Assembly: GCA_976551045.1 (NCBI GenBank)
Contig: CDPCPM010000280.1
Location: 3,286,001-3,350,000 of the forward strand
Reading direction: 5' to 3'
DNA: 64,000 nucleotides
Source of the DNA: Glaucostegus cemiculus
Taxonomy: Eukaryota
A program made the translations under genes and the position numbers. Under the pieces are notes generated by a model that ran no database searches, was not told the DNA's origin, and saw only the letters and a list, made by a program, of their open reading frames with translations. Position 1 is the first letter of the stretch; each line of letters opens with the position of its first letter. Shown piece by piece: positions 11,596 through 25,449 of the stretch.

Positions 11596-11779
11596 TTTCA
11601 AAATAATTCTTGCATTCATTATCAATGTTAGATTCCTTATGAAATGTCTTTATCTGACTTTTTAATTAATCTGCTTACTCACTTACTTGAGATGTTGATA
11701 TAACTGTGGTTAATGTTACTAAATGTGATTTGTGAAATTGTTAAGCTGAACACGGCCCTCTTCCGTACCCCCCTCACCT

Positions 11780-11810
11780 CCCCCCCCCCCCACACACACA
11801 CACACACACA
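11780..11810. repeat. C12 run fused to (CA)10
   Basis: Read directly. Confidence 0.95.
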
Positions 11811-12175
11811 AAGTCAGGGATCATATTTGCAAGAATAAAGCTCCAGGCAATTATTAAGAGAAGGTCATATATAAAATAATTATTAATGAGTTGAAAGAAC
11901 CAGTCTGATAATCAAATAACTGCTGCTAGGTTTCAGCATCTCATCCAGTTTATAGTGAAATAGCTTAGAAGTAATTATTAGCAAAGAAAATATCGGTTTA
12001 GATTTTTAAGGGGAGATCATTGATACAATCAAGTCTGAGTAACTCTGTGCTCTGTTGCCTTTGACAAAAAAATTGAAACAATCTGTTCCTTTCTAAGGAT
12101 AAACAAGTTATAACAATGTTATCTGTATGATGAACATTCTTATAACTTGATGTAAAATAAGTAAAAAGAGAAGGA

Positions 12176-12570
12176 AAGACATGCATATAGATAGGTTATT
12201 TTATGCGCTAAGGATGTTCTATAATGCATCACAAGCCAATTTAGAACTTCTATGATTTTTTTTATCTTGAATTAGGAAATAAAGCTGCCAGTATGTGCAT
12301 AGCAAGGCTGCAGAAAAATATCAAGAATGATAATGCTGGACAATCTGTTTTAATGATAATGCTTACTTTATAAATAATAGCAAGATTATCACCTTTCTTG
12401 CCCTTCTTCAATAACTGCCATGAGACCTTTTACATCTGAGAGGACAAGCAGAGATTCAGTTTAACATCTTATCTAACACCTTTGAAAGTACTCAGTACTC
12501 ACTGGAATGCTAGCCTGGAAATTTTGCTTAGGTCCACAATCTTCTGACACAAAAGTGACAGTGTTACCAA
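12176..12570 (-). mobile_element. Deu-domain SINE, near full length, degenerate
   Basis: Reverse-complement order of tail (aaagacatgcatatagatagg), Deu core (tgccatgagaccttttacatc...gtttaacatcttatct) and head (ccacaatcttctgacac). Confidence 0.7.
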
Positions 12571-15500
12571 AGTAATTCCTCTATAATTTAAATGGCTTAT
12601 GTTTGTTACTACCAAAAGCATCCTACCGAAAGCCTTCTGGGTAGGATCACTTATTAAATGTAGAAAATGGAAGCAGCCTAGATTCAATTCCTGTCTGTGA
12701 TCTGTTCACAGAAGTATGTCAATAACTTCAAAAAATAGAGGTTGAGGAAGAACGGTCTGAAGAAAACCATGTACAGTTTACTATCATGAATAAGTTAAAC
12801 AATTAACTATGAAATTTGTGAATAACTGTTTATTGTTATCGGGTTATTTTCTTTGGTTTTTGTCACTACTTGTTCTTGCAAGGAGTGCCAATGACATGAG
12901 TAGAAGGAACTCAAAAGCTCAGTAATGTTGTGGTTCTGAACTTATTGTAAGGGAAACTCATAAAAGTGCCTCAGTTCATGTGTACACATTTCTGACTTCC
13001 CATATACAGCTAAATTTAGTAACTCTTTCAGGTTTGTAATGTATTGTTTGGAAATTCATTTGCAGATCTCTGTTACTTTCATTAGAACTACTCAAAAATT
13101 TGCTTGGACACTTGCTGACATCAATCAATCCTTGGACTTGCAATTTCATCATCAAGAATGGATGGAATACAAAAGTCCTTTTTGGAACATATGCAGAGGA
13201 ACAGGTCACAATATTCAGCTGGTGCCATTGACCATTCACTCAACCCTGAAATCCCATCTAGAACCTAATTCCCTCACCATTCTGACTTTCCCCCAACCTT
13301 ACCAAACAAATATTTAGTTCATTCCAAAACTACGTAATTCTTCACCTGTTTCACCTGATGCCTTTGGCAGATATCCAACAAGTTTCTAGGAGCCTTCAAT
13401 GAGTTTGTTCTTTGAAAATTTGAGCCATATAGATCAGGAAGGACTTCTCAAAGGATCTAACATGATTCAGCTGGTGTCCTTGAAACTCGTCCCAGGTGAG
13501 AGAGATAAGTTGAGTCAGAGTTCCTGTTGATGGTCATGGCCTGCTTCAAAATGTGGAAGTATCGATATCAAATCAAGATATGATCACGTAATAAAATTCT
13601 TTGCCAATACCTACTTGCTAATTTTTAAAAACTGAAATATTTGGAGAAAGGAAATATAAAGTGAATGAGGCCATTCAATTTTCCTTGTCCTGATTGTGAC
13701 ACAACTTCCAAAAGAGATTCTAGAAACAGAATTGATGAGAAATTCCACCTGAAACATGAGTAAAAAATCATATATTTACAGGGTTATTATGTCTTTCAGA
13801 AACATCTTAATTTAACAAATTATCTTGGAGGGTAGAATTTTGATATGTAGCAAACAGGGCAAGTACTTTGCTGGTATTGGGTGAGGATGGATTACAGGAT
13901 ACCAGGAATAGCTTCAGGTAATTTTCATCATTTGGCAGATGAGAGGAATGATTCAACATCTAAGACAATGAATGGCAATTCTGGGATCACTGTACTTCCT
14001 CAGTAATATGACGCATTTTGTGTTTTTGCCCTGAGGTGGAGCTGAGTCTACACTCTCTGAGAGTCAACCGTGAATGTACTACCAATGAAGGCAAGCTGAC
14101 AGTCAGCCCATCCTTTCATTTTAAGATTACTGACAGATCTGCTGTACATTTTCAATGTCTTTTTCGTACCATTTTCGATTTTGATTCACTTTGCACTGTT
14201 CTTTCTAATGCCTGTTCTGCTTGTTCTCCTGCTGAGTAGCTCACTGTGTGTCAATTGCAGTGACTGTAGAAGAGCCACAGCCACGAGGAGTGAATCAGTC
14301 CTGAGCTGTGAGATGATGTGTGATACCTATCCACTTATACCAACATCTCGTCCAATCATCTCTGCAGGATCCACTCACAAATACCTCAGGACATTATGGC
14401 TCCACAGGGGTAGTCGTTTCAAAAGCCACATTATAAGTAAAGTGTTCAACCTATAGTTGCACATTAAATATCCATGTTGAAATCTTACATAAACCACACA
14501 AAACTGTAATAAGGTATAGAGAAATGTGGGTATATAGAAAAGATATAAGAGAAAGTAGTGGGATCTAGGGACATGGCAAGTAATGCTGAGGGAATGGGAA
14601 TGACAGAATCTAAAGGATGATAAGTAGAATTATGGCTTACATTCCTAAGAGTGATAGCTCGGTTACAGAAAATAGAGGTGAATATGGGAAGAGGAGTAGG
14701 CCTTTAGCTACTCAAACTTTTCCCACCATTCATGAGACCTAACATTATTTGTAGTTCCTGAGGAGAAGGTTGTTCTGTGTTGCCCAGGCTTTCTAAGCAA
14801 GAACAAAGTGCCTTTCAAATATTCCTGAGTCACTGATTTCCACTCACTTTTACACTTCAGATCAATTTGGATTTTGGTTGCTAGTTGTATGGACAGTAGT
14901 AAGTGGTATGCAATAAAGCACTGAAAAACAGTGAAGCTGATCAAACTCGGAGAGAGATGGGGCCATGCCTTACCAGCATTCGTCATCCCTCCCATTACCC
15001 CTGCAATTTTTTTTTAGTTAACTGAGTCAAGGGAGAAATAAGAACAGTCTTTCGCCCTCTTTACTCTTTAATAAACTTATGCCATGTCATTGCATTTTTT
15101 TGGACAGGATTATGAGTACTTAAATACCTCTTGTATCAGAGGCAGGGCACATCACAACCCAGGAGAAGAATATCATTTATTTGATAGAGACCTCCAAATC
15201 CTAAATAGAGACCTCCAAATAAGAAGGGGAGACAAAGTGCTGGATGCACATGCCACCAAACAAACCAAGAATGCAATTTGTGCTGCTGGGAGTTGTGTGG
15301 GGCAGGCAGACAGGGGTGTGGGGTTGGGTGATGGTTAGGGATAGCAGTGGAGGGAACACACTGGGTGGCAATTCCATCACTTCTCGCATTGCAGGCCAAG
15401 GGTGCAAAAAGTACAATGGACTCAATGCAAGACTAGAAAGACAACAGATTAGATGCCTATCCTACAGATAGGCACATTTTTTACCCTCTTAAAGCAACCT

Positions 15501-16149
15501 TTGCATGAGTGAACTTTGCACTACACTGTCATTGAAGATGGTTGATTCCAAGTTAGCATCAATAACTGCAATGCACAATAATAAAACAGCTTCCTCTGCA
15601 GAGTAGTTTCATTTTCACTTTGCCTTTCTGAAATTTCTTGTCCTGTATGCTTCAAATATCATCCTCTTTTACTTCACTTTTTTTTAGGGCAAATTAGTAT
15701 ACCATGTCCAACAGAGGAGCCAATGCCATTTTGTTTAAAGAACTTGCCCCTTTTGAGTGCACACTGTTATCAAGGAACAACAAAGTCAACTAATTCTTGC
15801 CAGATTCGGGCTAGTGGCTAAAACTGTTATAATAGGCTGATCATATCAGGTGCAGTCAGAATCAAATGCAGATCTGTATATAGGTAAAAAAAATACTAAA
15901 TATATATGTTTTAATAACAGATGGCTAAGCCTTGTAATTCATTCTGTAAAGTGTTTAGACTCCTCAAGCTCATACATCCCTTAATTTCACTCCAATAGTT
16001 GATCCAGGCAACTGCTGCATCTCATTTAACTCAAACTTACCCAGAAAGGGTGGGGTGAGGTGGGGCAGTGACAGAGATGGCATTCGGTTAGTGTTTTAGA
16101 AATGCATATGATGTACCTTCATAAATGTTTAAGATTATGGCAGATTTGG

Positions 16150-16437
16150 GTAGTGTAAATAGTGAACAGCTGTTCCATTTGTGATAATCCAATGACCAAG
16201 TAATACAGATTTAAAATTTTGGGTAAAAGGAGGATGCAGAGAACATGATCTGGAACTCACTAACTAATGGGTGATGGAAGTAGAATCCATCAAGGGTTTC
16301 TAAAGAGAATTGGATGGGCACAAGGGAATTTTCAGGGCTACAGGGAAAGAGGAATCTGATGGGATTGCTCCCCTAGGAGTCATCATAGTTACAATGCCCT
16401 GAATGGCCTCCTTCTTTGCTGTAACAATTCCATGATA
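16150..16437 (+). mobile_element. CR1 3' fragment
   Basis: gatctggaactcact...aaagagaattggatgggcac...ctgaatggcctccttctttgctgtaacaattccatgat. Confidence 0.75.
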
Positions 16438-19400
16438 TGAGGCAGTGGATATAGCATCAACATAAATTTCTTCAACATACCTGCTTGATAAATAGTCCAA
16501 AAACTATGAAAATTCTCCACATTGAATCCCATCTCTCAACCCATTAATGGAAACCTTCTCATGTTAAAAACATCATTGTTTGCAGCAAAATAACAAAAAG
16601 CAACATAAAAAAATAAATTCTCTGTTTTGTGCTTATGATACATGATTGTGGGATATTGGTCTCAAAAGCACCTCTGGGCCTTAGATACATGGTTCAATCA
16701 TTGTCTGAATCTGAAGTCTGTTAATTGGTAAGTAACTATTTGGAAAGTTGGTTCATTTCATGGCTGTATTATGTTTCCTAGAATGATGGTTTTCATGCTG
16801 TTCAAAAGACATGGTGGTTGAGGGGAGAAGGGGGAGGTGGCGAAGGCGAGTTAGTTAGGAATAGGGAGTAGCAGGGAATATAACTATCACCATGTCTAAT
16901 GTCGTAATTTAATCTATCATATACAATGACATTACTTCATCCTTTCAGTTCATGGCAGGAACAATACTAGTTTGAACAACATCTAATCACTTTGAATGGA
17001 ATGGAATAAAACCTCACAAAGAAACTCATCATTCAAACGTGTTACACAGTGGTTACTTTGGCAGGGTTCTGAAAGTATTAGGAGGCAAAATGGTTTGGTG
17101 TGTAAAACAAGACGTTCCTTCCTTCAGTCATTCCTTGGCCAAGTTGGCTGAAACTTAGAAAAACACCAGCCAAAAAGTAATGTTGTTAGCATTTTCCTTA
17201 ACTTGCTGGTGGCAATGCCAACAACTGAACAGAACATAGAGGAGGGTTAGGTTAATATGGAGAGTACTCCCAAAAATGCTCACTGGTGCCAAACCAAATG
17301 AATCTTTGAGTTCCTAGGAAATGAAATAAGGGACTCATACAACAGCAAGAATGGTGCAAATCACAGGCAAAGCAACAAATTACCCAAAATTAAATGATTT
17401 GGAGGTATTAGCCCAAAGAAACTTGAATTGTCTATTCTTAACAGTTTGAAGTGTTTGGAAGGATACAATCAGTTGGTAGCTTTTTAAAATCCTGCTGTTT
17501 TAAATAAAGTTTATTGAAATTCCTGCAAGTAGCCAAAGAGAAACAGGAGAATTTCCTGTGCTGGCCATTTAGAAGATTGACTAACTTTACATTTTTGAAA
17601 CATTCCAGTCATAAAACATATCTTTGTTTGGGGGAAAATATAACATTTATGGTAGTTCATGAATTGTAAAATCAAATATAATACAATGTTAATTTTTCAA
17701 TCCCAGGAACATATTTTGGGAATGATTTAAAAAGCTATTTTTTCTCTTTTACTTTTTTATTCTTAGATAATACATATTTTGCTGTCTGTCTCCTGTAGCC
17801 ACATTTTCCTGTTCTAGCTGGGAGGGCTTTTTTCTCTGCCAAGTTTCCTTGATATCCCTCTCCTCCCTTCCCCACACTGCATCTGTCAGCAAGACTGAGA
17901 ACTGGCAAGACTCACCCTGTGAAGTGAAAGATGTCTCAGCTCCAGTGCTTTTTATTCCTAAATATTTCTAGGCTTCCATTATTTTTCTCTGAAGAGTACC
18001 ATAGAAGTCATGATACTGTAGTAGATTAGCAATTTAGAAGTTGTGGGTTCAAATCCCATCATTCCATTGGATTCAATGATGTGGCCCACATCAGAAAAGT
18101 GGCCATTCAACCTGCCAAATAGTTGCATAAACTCAACTGCTTCACTGGTAGCTAAAGGCATTTGCTATGCTGACCCTACTTACATCTGATTTCCATCCCA
18201 TGTTGTGGTTATTTTTTCCACTCCCTATTCTAGGGACACTAAAACCAATGGCAACCTTCCCAGTTTTGCCCCGTTAATGAAGAGCATTGCTTGAACCTAT
18301 GGCCTCCCTAATCTATGTGGCTCAGCTCTTCACTGAATAATCCTGCTGAAGCTGTGGAATGAGATATTTCCTCGTTCTTCAAGGTTAGAAGCCAAATTTC
18401 CTATCTTGCTGGGAAATAAGTAAAACCAAATCAGTTTACTCCATCTGATCCTTTCAGTATCATAATGGTTTTTGTTTTTGGGACGTGGGACAAGTGGCGA
18501 GTTGAGGGTCTGAACTGCTTGCAGCACATGCAGGGTTAATGCAGAGAAATTTATCAGATTGTCTTGTTGCTGTGAAATTCTGAAGAATGACTATTTCTCT
18601 CCACTCTTTGTGGGCAGTGCAGCAGATTGTGATTACAGTAATGTGGGACAGATGCCCCTCTCTCCTTGTCCAAACACATCAAACCCTTCTTTAATTGCCC
18701 AATACTTTAGCAGCACACTAGAACTTTGGCACCAGGAACAAGCTGCCCATCATGAAAAAGAGACAGGGAGATACACTAAGAGAAGGAATCAGAAATAACT
18801 AGTTATCATCTTACTTACTGATTGACAAAAGCCAAGAAAGAGCAGAAAAAATAAACGTTAACAGAGGCTGCAGTGTATGAACCAGTCAGCTGGGAATTCT
18901 AGTATGTGGCCTTGGTAATCTCACCTCACAGTGGTTTATCTCTCTGTCCTGGATCATTTATCACCACTTAGGCAAAAAAACTTGGCAACAAAAATAAAAC
19001 GAACAAGTCAATTTGAAATCATCTGCAACTGAATGTCAGGTTTGCTGGTCTCATTTCTGGTTTTGATTGTACCCTGATTCTGAGCTAGTACTATTACTTC
19101 TTGAAATATAAATAATTGTGTTCTTGCAGCTTTTCTCGGGAATAAAAATATAGAAATCAGAATTTTCTTTACTTAGCAATAAAAAAAGCTGATTTTGGAC
19201 CTACATTCTTCCCTGGGTCCTGTTTGCTCTGCAGAGTTAAAGAGCAGCTTTAGTGATCATCAGAGGCACCTCATGGTAATTAGAGTGGAAGGGTTATAAA
19301 TGCATGAACCCAAAAAGATGAGAACTACTGCATGGGGAACCAGTGCCAGGTTAACCAGGTGCTGTTGGTGTATGATTTTTAGACTAGCAACTTTGCCTCC

Positions 19401-19749
19401 AAATTCAACCCTGATTGTAGTGCTAAGTGCTTTATACAGCAGCTGCTGCTACACATTCAACACTGGTTCTTAAATTCAATGACTTTACTTCCTGGACTTG
19501 GAAACTCAGTGAAAGAGGTGCACATCTGCAAGCCAGAGGTCCTTGGAAGTTACCAAGGGCAAAGACGGTGCAAACATTGGCCAGAGTGATGCCTTGAGTG
19601 GCCTAGAAATTCATTTGCTCTGGCACAGGGATGTTAGGACCTCAGACTCCCTTGACCCAGCAGTGAAAGTTGCCAAAGAACTACAACTGGATTCTATAGC
19701 AATTTTCATTCATTGCAATTCTAGTCCAACAATGCTATTATCTTCTATG

Positions 19750-20870
19750 GACAAAAGAGACAGTAGATGCTGGAATCTGGAGCCACAAACAGCCTGCTGG
19801 AGGAACTCAGTAGGTCGAGGAGCAAAGGAATTGTTGATGTTTTAGGTCAAAACCTTGCATCAGGACTGCAAGTGGAGAAGGGGGACAGCCAGTATAAAGA
19901 ACAGAGGGGTGCAGTTACACAGGATCCTAGGCTGATTAGTGGACTGAAGAGGGGTGAAGAATGATGGGCAAGTCCAGCTAGGGAGGGGAGGGGAGGGGTA
20001 GAGTTGGGAGACATAGCCAGGTGGAGGCAGAGAGAAAAAGGGGAGGCAGATGGAGATGGGTGGGGGGAGGGGAGAGTAAAGGTGGAGACAGCTGTTGGAG
20101 GGTGATAAGTGGGGACACAAGGGCTACCAGTGCTGGAATCTGATAAGTGAAGGAGTGATAATGGGAGTCAATAGGGGGAAGGAGTATGGCAGATAGAACC
20201 AGAACCAGATGGGGGAGGGGTGAGTCTGTGGGTGAACTGTGTGTAGGAGGGGGATGAAGATTGGTCATGGGGGTCTTGGCAGGAAGGGGACAGAAATGAG
20301 AGGACTGAAGGAGGATCAGAGGGAGCTGGGGGAATACACGGGAGGGGAGGGTTACCTAAATTTGGAAAAAGCAATATTCATGCCTTTGGGTTGTGGACAA
20401 CTCAGGTGGAATATGAGTGTTGTTTTTCTAGTTTGCACTGGATCTCTCCCGGACAGTGGAAAAGGCACAGGTTGGTGTGGGAATGGGAAGGGGAGTTGAC
20501 ATGCCATGTAGTTGGGAACTCAGGATGGCCAGGTGCTCTGTAAACCTGGTCTTCAGTTGGTCTTGGTGATGTAGAGGAGACCAAACAGGAGCACCAAATA
20601 CAGTAGATGAGGTCGGAGGAAGTACATGTGAATATTTGCCTGCACTGGAAGGGCTGTTTTAGCTTCCTGGATGGTGGTGAGGAAGGAGATATAAGGACCT
20701 GTGTTGTATCTCCTAAAGTTACTGGGGAAAGTGCCAGGGATCAGGGAAGGATGACTGGGGAGGGCTGAGTGGACCAGAGAGTCATGGAGGGAGTAGTCCC
20801 TGCAGAAGGTGGAAATAGATGGGGAGGAGGAGACGTGGCTAGTAGTGGGATCTTGCTGCAGCTCATGGAA
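19750..20870 (-). mobile_element. Penelope-like element, 5'-truncated: linker, GIY-YIG endonuclease pseudogene and 3' tail with hammerhead
   Basis: Minus-strand translation across frameshifts: FHELQQDPTTSHVSSSP...RDYSLHDSLVHS...GTFP...FTCTSSDLIYCIWCS...GLLYITKT...FTEHL...QHSYS/LIFHLSCPQPKGMN. A pyrimidine-rich 3' UTR and the tail follow. Stops and frameshifts are present. Confidence 0.88.
19833..19868 (-). ncRNA. Decayed minimal type I hammerhead ribozyme (variant core)
   Basis: cagtc-CTGATGC-A-AGGTT-tt-GACCT-AAAAC-ATC-aac. The differences from GAAACGTC/gac are CpG-type transitions. Confidence 0.65.
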
Positions 20871-21589
20871 TACTTGCCCACACCAACAGTGACATCCAGA
20901 TAATATCAGGGGTCCATCTCACTAATTTACCCCTTTGCCTTAAAGGTCAAGTTGGTACAGAATGATTGCCTGCCCTTCCAGACATCAAGGGGGCCCTTTC
21001 AAGTTCCAAGTTTGGCCAGGCCATCCAGTGCACTGTCTGGCTCATCAAACTGAATACATAAGATGACCAGCAGCGTAGTGGAGTCCATTTCATACATCTC
21101 ATAGGATGCCATGCAAAGCCAGGTTATTCTCACTTTTACTCTGAAGATAATATGAATTTATATGCAGGCTACCTTTGACATTTAGCAACACATTGCTGTT
21201 GGATCAATGAGGTGTATTTGGTTTTGTGTGCTATATTGTGGATCTCAAAGGATAAGAGCATCAAGAAAACATGTCTGTCTGTTGTGGTAGCCAACTCTCA
21301 AATGAACTGAAGCTTGGTACAAACAAAGTTCTCATAGTTAACCACATGTCTGAAAGTGATAGTAAACCTTGCACCCTTAAGGTAACGGTTGGACTTAACA
21401 GCTTATTTACGTGAGCCACAAACCATTATTATGTATCTGCTACTTCCCCTGAATAAGAAATGGAGGGTGTGTAAATAGGTGAACATGTTTACTTGAAGAA
21501 CCTATAGACACGAGTAGCTTAATTAATTCTCAACTTGTCAGTCGTTAGATTCAAGAACCTATAATTTTGTACTTAAATATAAGAACTTA

Positions 21590-21706
21590 TCTACTTAGAC
21601 AGAGATTTAAAAAGGCAAGGCATGGAAGAATATGGTCCTAATGCAGACAAATGGGATTAGTGTAGATGGCAAAAAGGCCTGTTTGTGTGCTGTACAACTC
21701 TTTGAC
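21590..21706 (+). mobile_element. Short CR1 3' fragment
   Basis: ggcatggaagaatatggtcctaatgcagacaaatgggattag...ggcctgtttgtgtgctgtacaactct. Confidence 0.75.
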
Positions 21707-22344
21707 ATACAGTACATACACACAATAACTATATCATAGATTTCTTAATCCTCTGAGACTTTCTCAATGGTGCAGATGTATCTGGCACCTCCCACACATC
21801 TGGTCTGGATGCTGGTGATGTTGAAGGATCACCTTCTCATGACATTTCTTTGATTGTGTGTCTCAACCTCACTCTGGCTGCCTTCTGTTCTACAGAGACC
21901 AGTCCCTCAGGATCTTCCAGCAATTTAGTTTTCTGATCACTGTCAGTTTTATATTCATTAACATCCAGGCAAACATATTTATTCCTTTGGATTCCTTTCT
22001 AGAAATCTGCATATTTCATGGATTCAATCCTCCCCTTCTGGATTCTTATCCTCTTGGTCCTCTGCTCATTCTTTTCACTGCTTACTGCCTCTGTTTGCTC
22101 TGTAGAGACCTGTCCTTTGGCTTCTATCTTCACCAGAATGGTTCAAAGGTAATTCTGTTACTCTGAGTGGTAGCGTACTGAGGAGACACCAAGTGATATT
22201 TCATCTACTATCTCGTAAAACTGATTTAGCTCCCTTACTGGACCTCAGTCCGAATTTCAATAATCCTGACCATTCTTCTTGCTGATTCCACTTCTAACTG
22301 ATTGACCCCTTTAAGGTGTACCATTATTACTAATAACCTGTTGG

Positions 22345-23045
22345 AAGACAGACTTCTTTTTTTACTTCAGCAGAGAATGAAGATGACTTGCTTCTACTCT
22401 AATTCTGTGGGTTCTGGTGTATCTGATGAGTGTGATCTGGGATCCACAGATTTTGCCATAAGTGGAGCAGGAAGTGTTTGACATAGTTTGATAAATGGTG
22501 AACTCCTTCTGTGTGCTCCCTACACATGGACCTGTGGTTCTTAGTGCCATCTTGAATCCTCTTTCTCCACTCTGAGTGATTATGGGCCAGGGATCTCCTG
22601 CAGTTGGTGGGGATGTTGTACTTTTTCAAGGAAAAAAAATTCATGGAACTTTTCCTCTGTCTGGCAATCACTTCCTGGAAAGAATGTCTGTTTTGGGAGT
22701 CTGGTGCTGGGCATACACAGAGATCGGCTGTTCAATGGAATCAACTGGGCATAATCAGAATCTCAATGAATATTAGCCTGGGAGAGGATGATGGCATCCC
22801 ACTGGTGTGTTAAGGTGCTTGCTGCAGGTATTCCAGTCTCAGAGGTTTACAGGAGGGCGGGAAACATTGGTAGACCACGAGTTTTGTGCCAGGTTGGAAG
22901 TCTTGATCTGCAAACACCCTTTTCTTCATACAATAAAAGGATATGCTGCTGGATCAAAGGCGATGATGAATTTCAAAATTATTGACTGCCTTTGCTAAAG
23001 GGTGGCATCTGCGATATCGAAAGTGGTCCACGTTTTGGGTGTGGA
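22345..23045 (-). mobile_element. RTE-clade LINE 3' fragment
   Basis: Minus strand MPSTRLPKQT, SLKKYNIPTNCRRSLAHNHSEWRKRIQDG and a decayed C-terminal CSTYGKICGSQITLIRYTRTH motif (ORFs 22399..22671 and 22362..22550), typical of the RTE ORF C-terminus. Confidence 0.82.
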
Positions 23046-23269
23046 AGATACATATCTGGACTGTGACCTCAATGTATTGAGACTGATTCTTATTCAAACT
23101 CTGATGTTTAATGTGGCTTTGTTTTAAACCTTAGCTAACTCTGCTTTGGATCCTATTTCCCATATCATAATCATGGCACTCCTCTGAGTTTTCTCTATTT
23201 TTATTTAAGTGTAAAACATACAGACATTAGCTCTCCATACTCGCTATATTCTGCCAGCTTTTGCAAACT

Positions 23270-23560
23270 TGTGCAAGTATCCTACTTTACTCCAATTACT
23301 TGAGCTGTTTTTATGGAAGAACGGAGGTTTTGGGATTTCCCTGACACTGCTAGAAGATCCTCCAACCTTTTGCAACCATGTGACCTGCAGGTTTCTCACC
23401 TTTTGGATCCATCTGGCTTCCTGGTTCTCCTGCCAAAAATACCCTTGGGATTCTGTGGCCTGGTCTTTGTGAAGAAGACACGGTTTGCTCCCCTGTAAAT
23501 TACTGTTCCTGTAACCCTGCAGCACCATGCTCTCCTACTCGCACTTTGGGCTGATCCAAG
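23270..23560 (-). mobile_element. Possible CR1 ORF1 (esterase-like) remnant
   Basis: Weak resemblance (VIYRGANRVFF..., ggttggaggatcttcta) to the CR1 ORF1 SGNH region. Highly decayed. Confidence 0.3.
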
Positions 23561-25449
23561 CTTGGAACATAAGTATATGCTCAATAGCTAACCTGGATAC
23601 TAATCTCCTTCTCTATGTTTGGTCCAGAAATGTTCCATACTCTTGACAAGTATCCAGTTCACAAAGTAATCTCCAGTTGTTGCCCCTGCATCTGATGACT
23701 AGGCTGAATTTGTCACTTGCAAATATTTTAGATACTGCTGGTTTAAAGTGTAATGTCCTTAATGAAAAGAGTTATTAGCCTATTTGTTGAATTGTATACA
23801 GACAGTTCAGTGCACACAGGTAATACCAAGAAGATGATGATCCAGGATGCGTAATGTAATGCATTCAAAGGCTTGATGACAAGTATGTTGAGGCAACAAT
23901 TGCAGAATAAAGTGTGAGAACAGATGTGTATGAGGACTCCCTGAGGAAGTGATCCACTGGAATTATAAGTGGCAGGTGGAAACTTTAGAAATGTCAAATG
24001 CAGTTTGGAGTAAAGAGTTCAATGAACAAAACGACCAACAGACTGAGCAAATCAGTAACCAGTTGAATGTACAACTGCACATTAATGCAAAGTTAACCAA
24101 TTCTTTTAGTTTATGTGTGTTAGTAATTTACTTTGTGGGTTTACATTTTTAAGGGGGAGCAGTGTGGTGTACATGTTTGTGTAGGATATCTTTAAGAAAT
24201 GATTTGTATCATGTGGTATGACACTTGATACAGCGTTGTTTACAGAGACCGCTGTTTTGTTATGAGTTTCTGTCTTCAATAAAATATGATGTTTACAGCT
24301 CTTGCTCTATTCAAAAACAATACAAAATAACCATAGATACTACAATGATAACAGTTATGTTTTCCAGTTTTGAATGTGTCTTAAATGCCAGTGTCTTCAC
24401 ACTGCCTATTGCTGGGAATGCAGGATGTTAACTACTATACTGTATACACAGTATATATCTGATTCTTGGTTGGTGAACAATGAGGCTTCCATCAGGAATG
24501 ATCACGTTTTGCTTACACAATAACTTACTGTTGTCAAGTTAAAGCAGATTCAGGCTTCATTACCTGGAAGGAAGAGGCAATTGGAGTGTTCATTGCTTTA
24601 CTCTTGGGTAACTTAATTTATAAAGATCAAACCAGAATCAATGACTTTTGAGTCATCACAATGGCTTCCCTCCCAACATTGTTTCATCCTTAAGGCCTTC
24701 ACCTTAGAGAGTGGTCAACTGCTCTGATCTCAATTATGTCTATGACTCCATTCTAGTGGACCTATTGAGAGCTCACCTTGAAGAGTACAAAGTTCTGCTC
24801 TTTTTTTCCTTTGCCTGATTTGAAACATAATACTCCTGTGGTTTGCTTTCAGGTACAAACATGCAAATCACAATTCTGAAAGGGAAGCTTATGACCTAGA
24901 CTTTGAAAATAACTGATCCCATGCATCTTAAAGGAAATACTCTCATACCAAACAAATCAGTATTTGCCTATTAGATTCAGCACACTATAAAACCTAACAG
25001 AGAATTGACAGTTTTGTTATAACACATTTAATTGATTACTACTGTACTTGTGAAACTTAATTTGGCCAAGCACCTATTGAGCAATTGACTCCAAGCCTCT
25101 TTAAGTATCATAGCTGACTGAAGTATGCTTCTAGGAAGAATCTGTTTGCCACAAGAGGACAGGCCTATCTGGAGAGTGTTGCCAAAATCTGCCCTGTCTT
25201 TAGTTTCAGCATCCATGATCAGAAAATGCCTGACTGAATTTTGAGGGGCATGCAAAACAATCCAGAAATGGTTGTTATCATGTTGCACATACTTTGAAAA
25301 GTCAAATTTTATTGATTAGCACTGAAATAAATAGACACAATCAAACATCTAAGCCAACTACTTCCCATGTCTACTCATGGAGGTTATCATCTGCTTTTCA
25401 TCCTAAAAACTGCCATTCAGCATGGTAAGGGATACTCTTCCTGAACTGC

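Noticed and set aside
19975-20360. G-run cluster (possible G-quadruplex) and Pro/Ser-rich ORFs
   Set aside because: Explained as the pyrimidine-rich 3' UTR of the minus-strand Penelope element. No independent evidence of function.
19500-21140. Harbinger transposase remnant flanking the first PLE (PAVKVA..., QAIQCTVWLIK)
   Set aside because: Only faint resemblance to AVKVT and GAIDCTHVAI motifs. Not supportable without a profile search.
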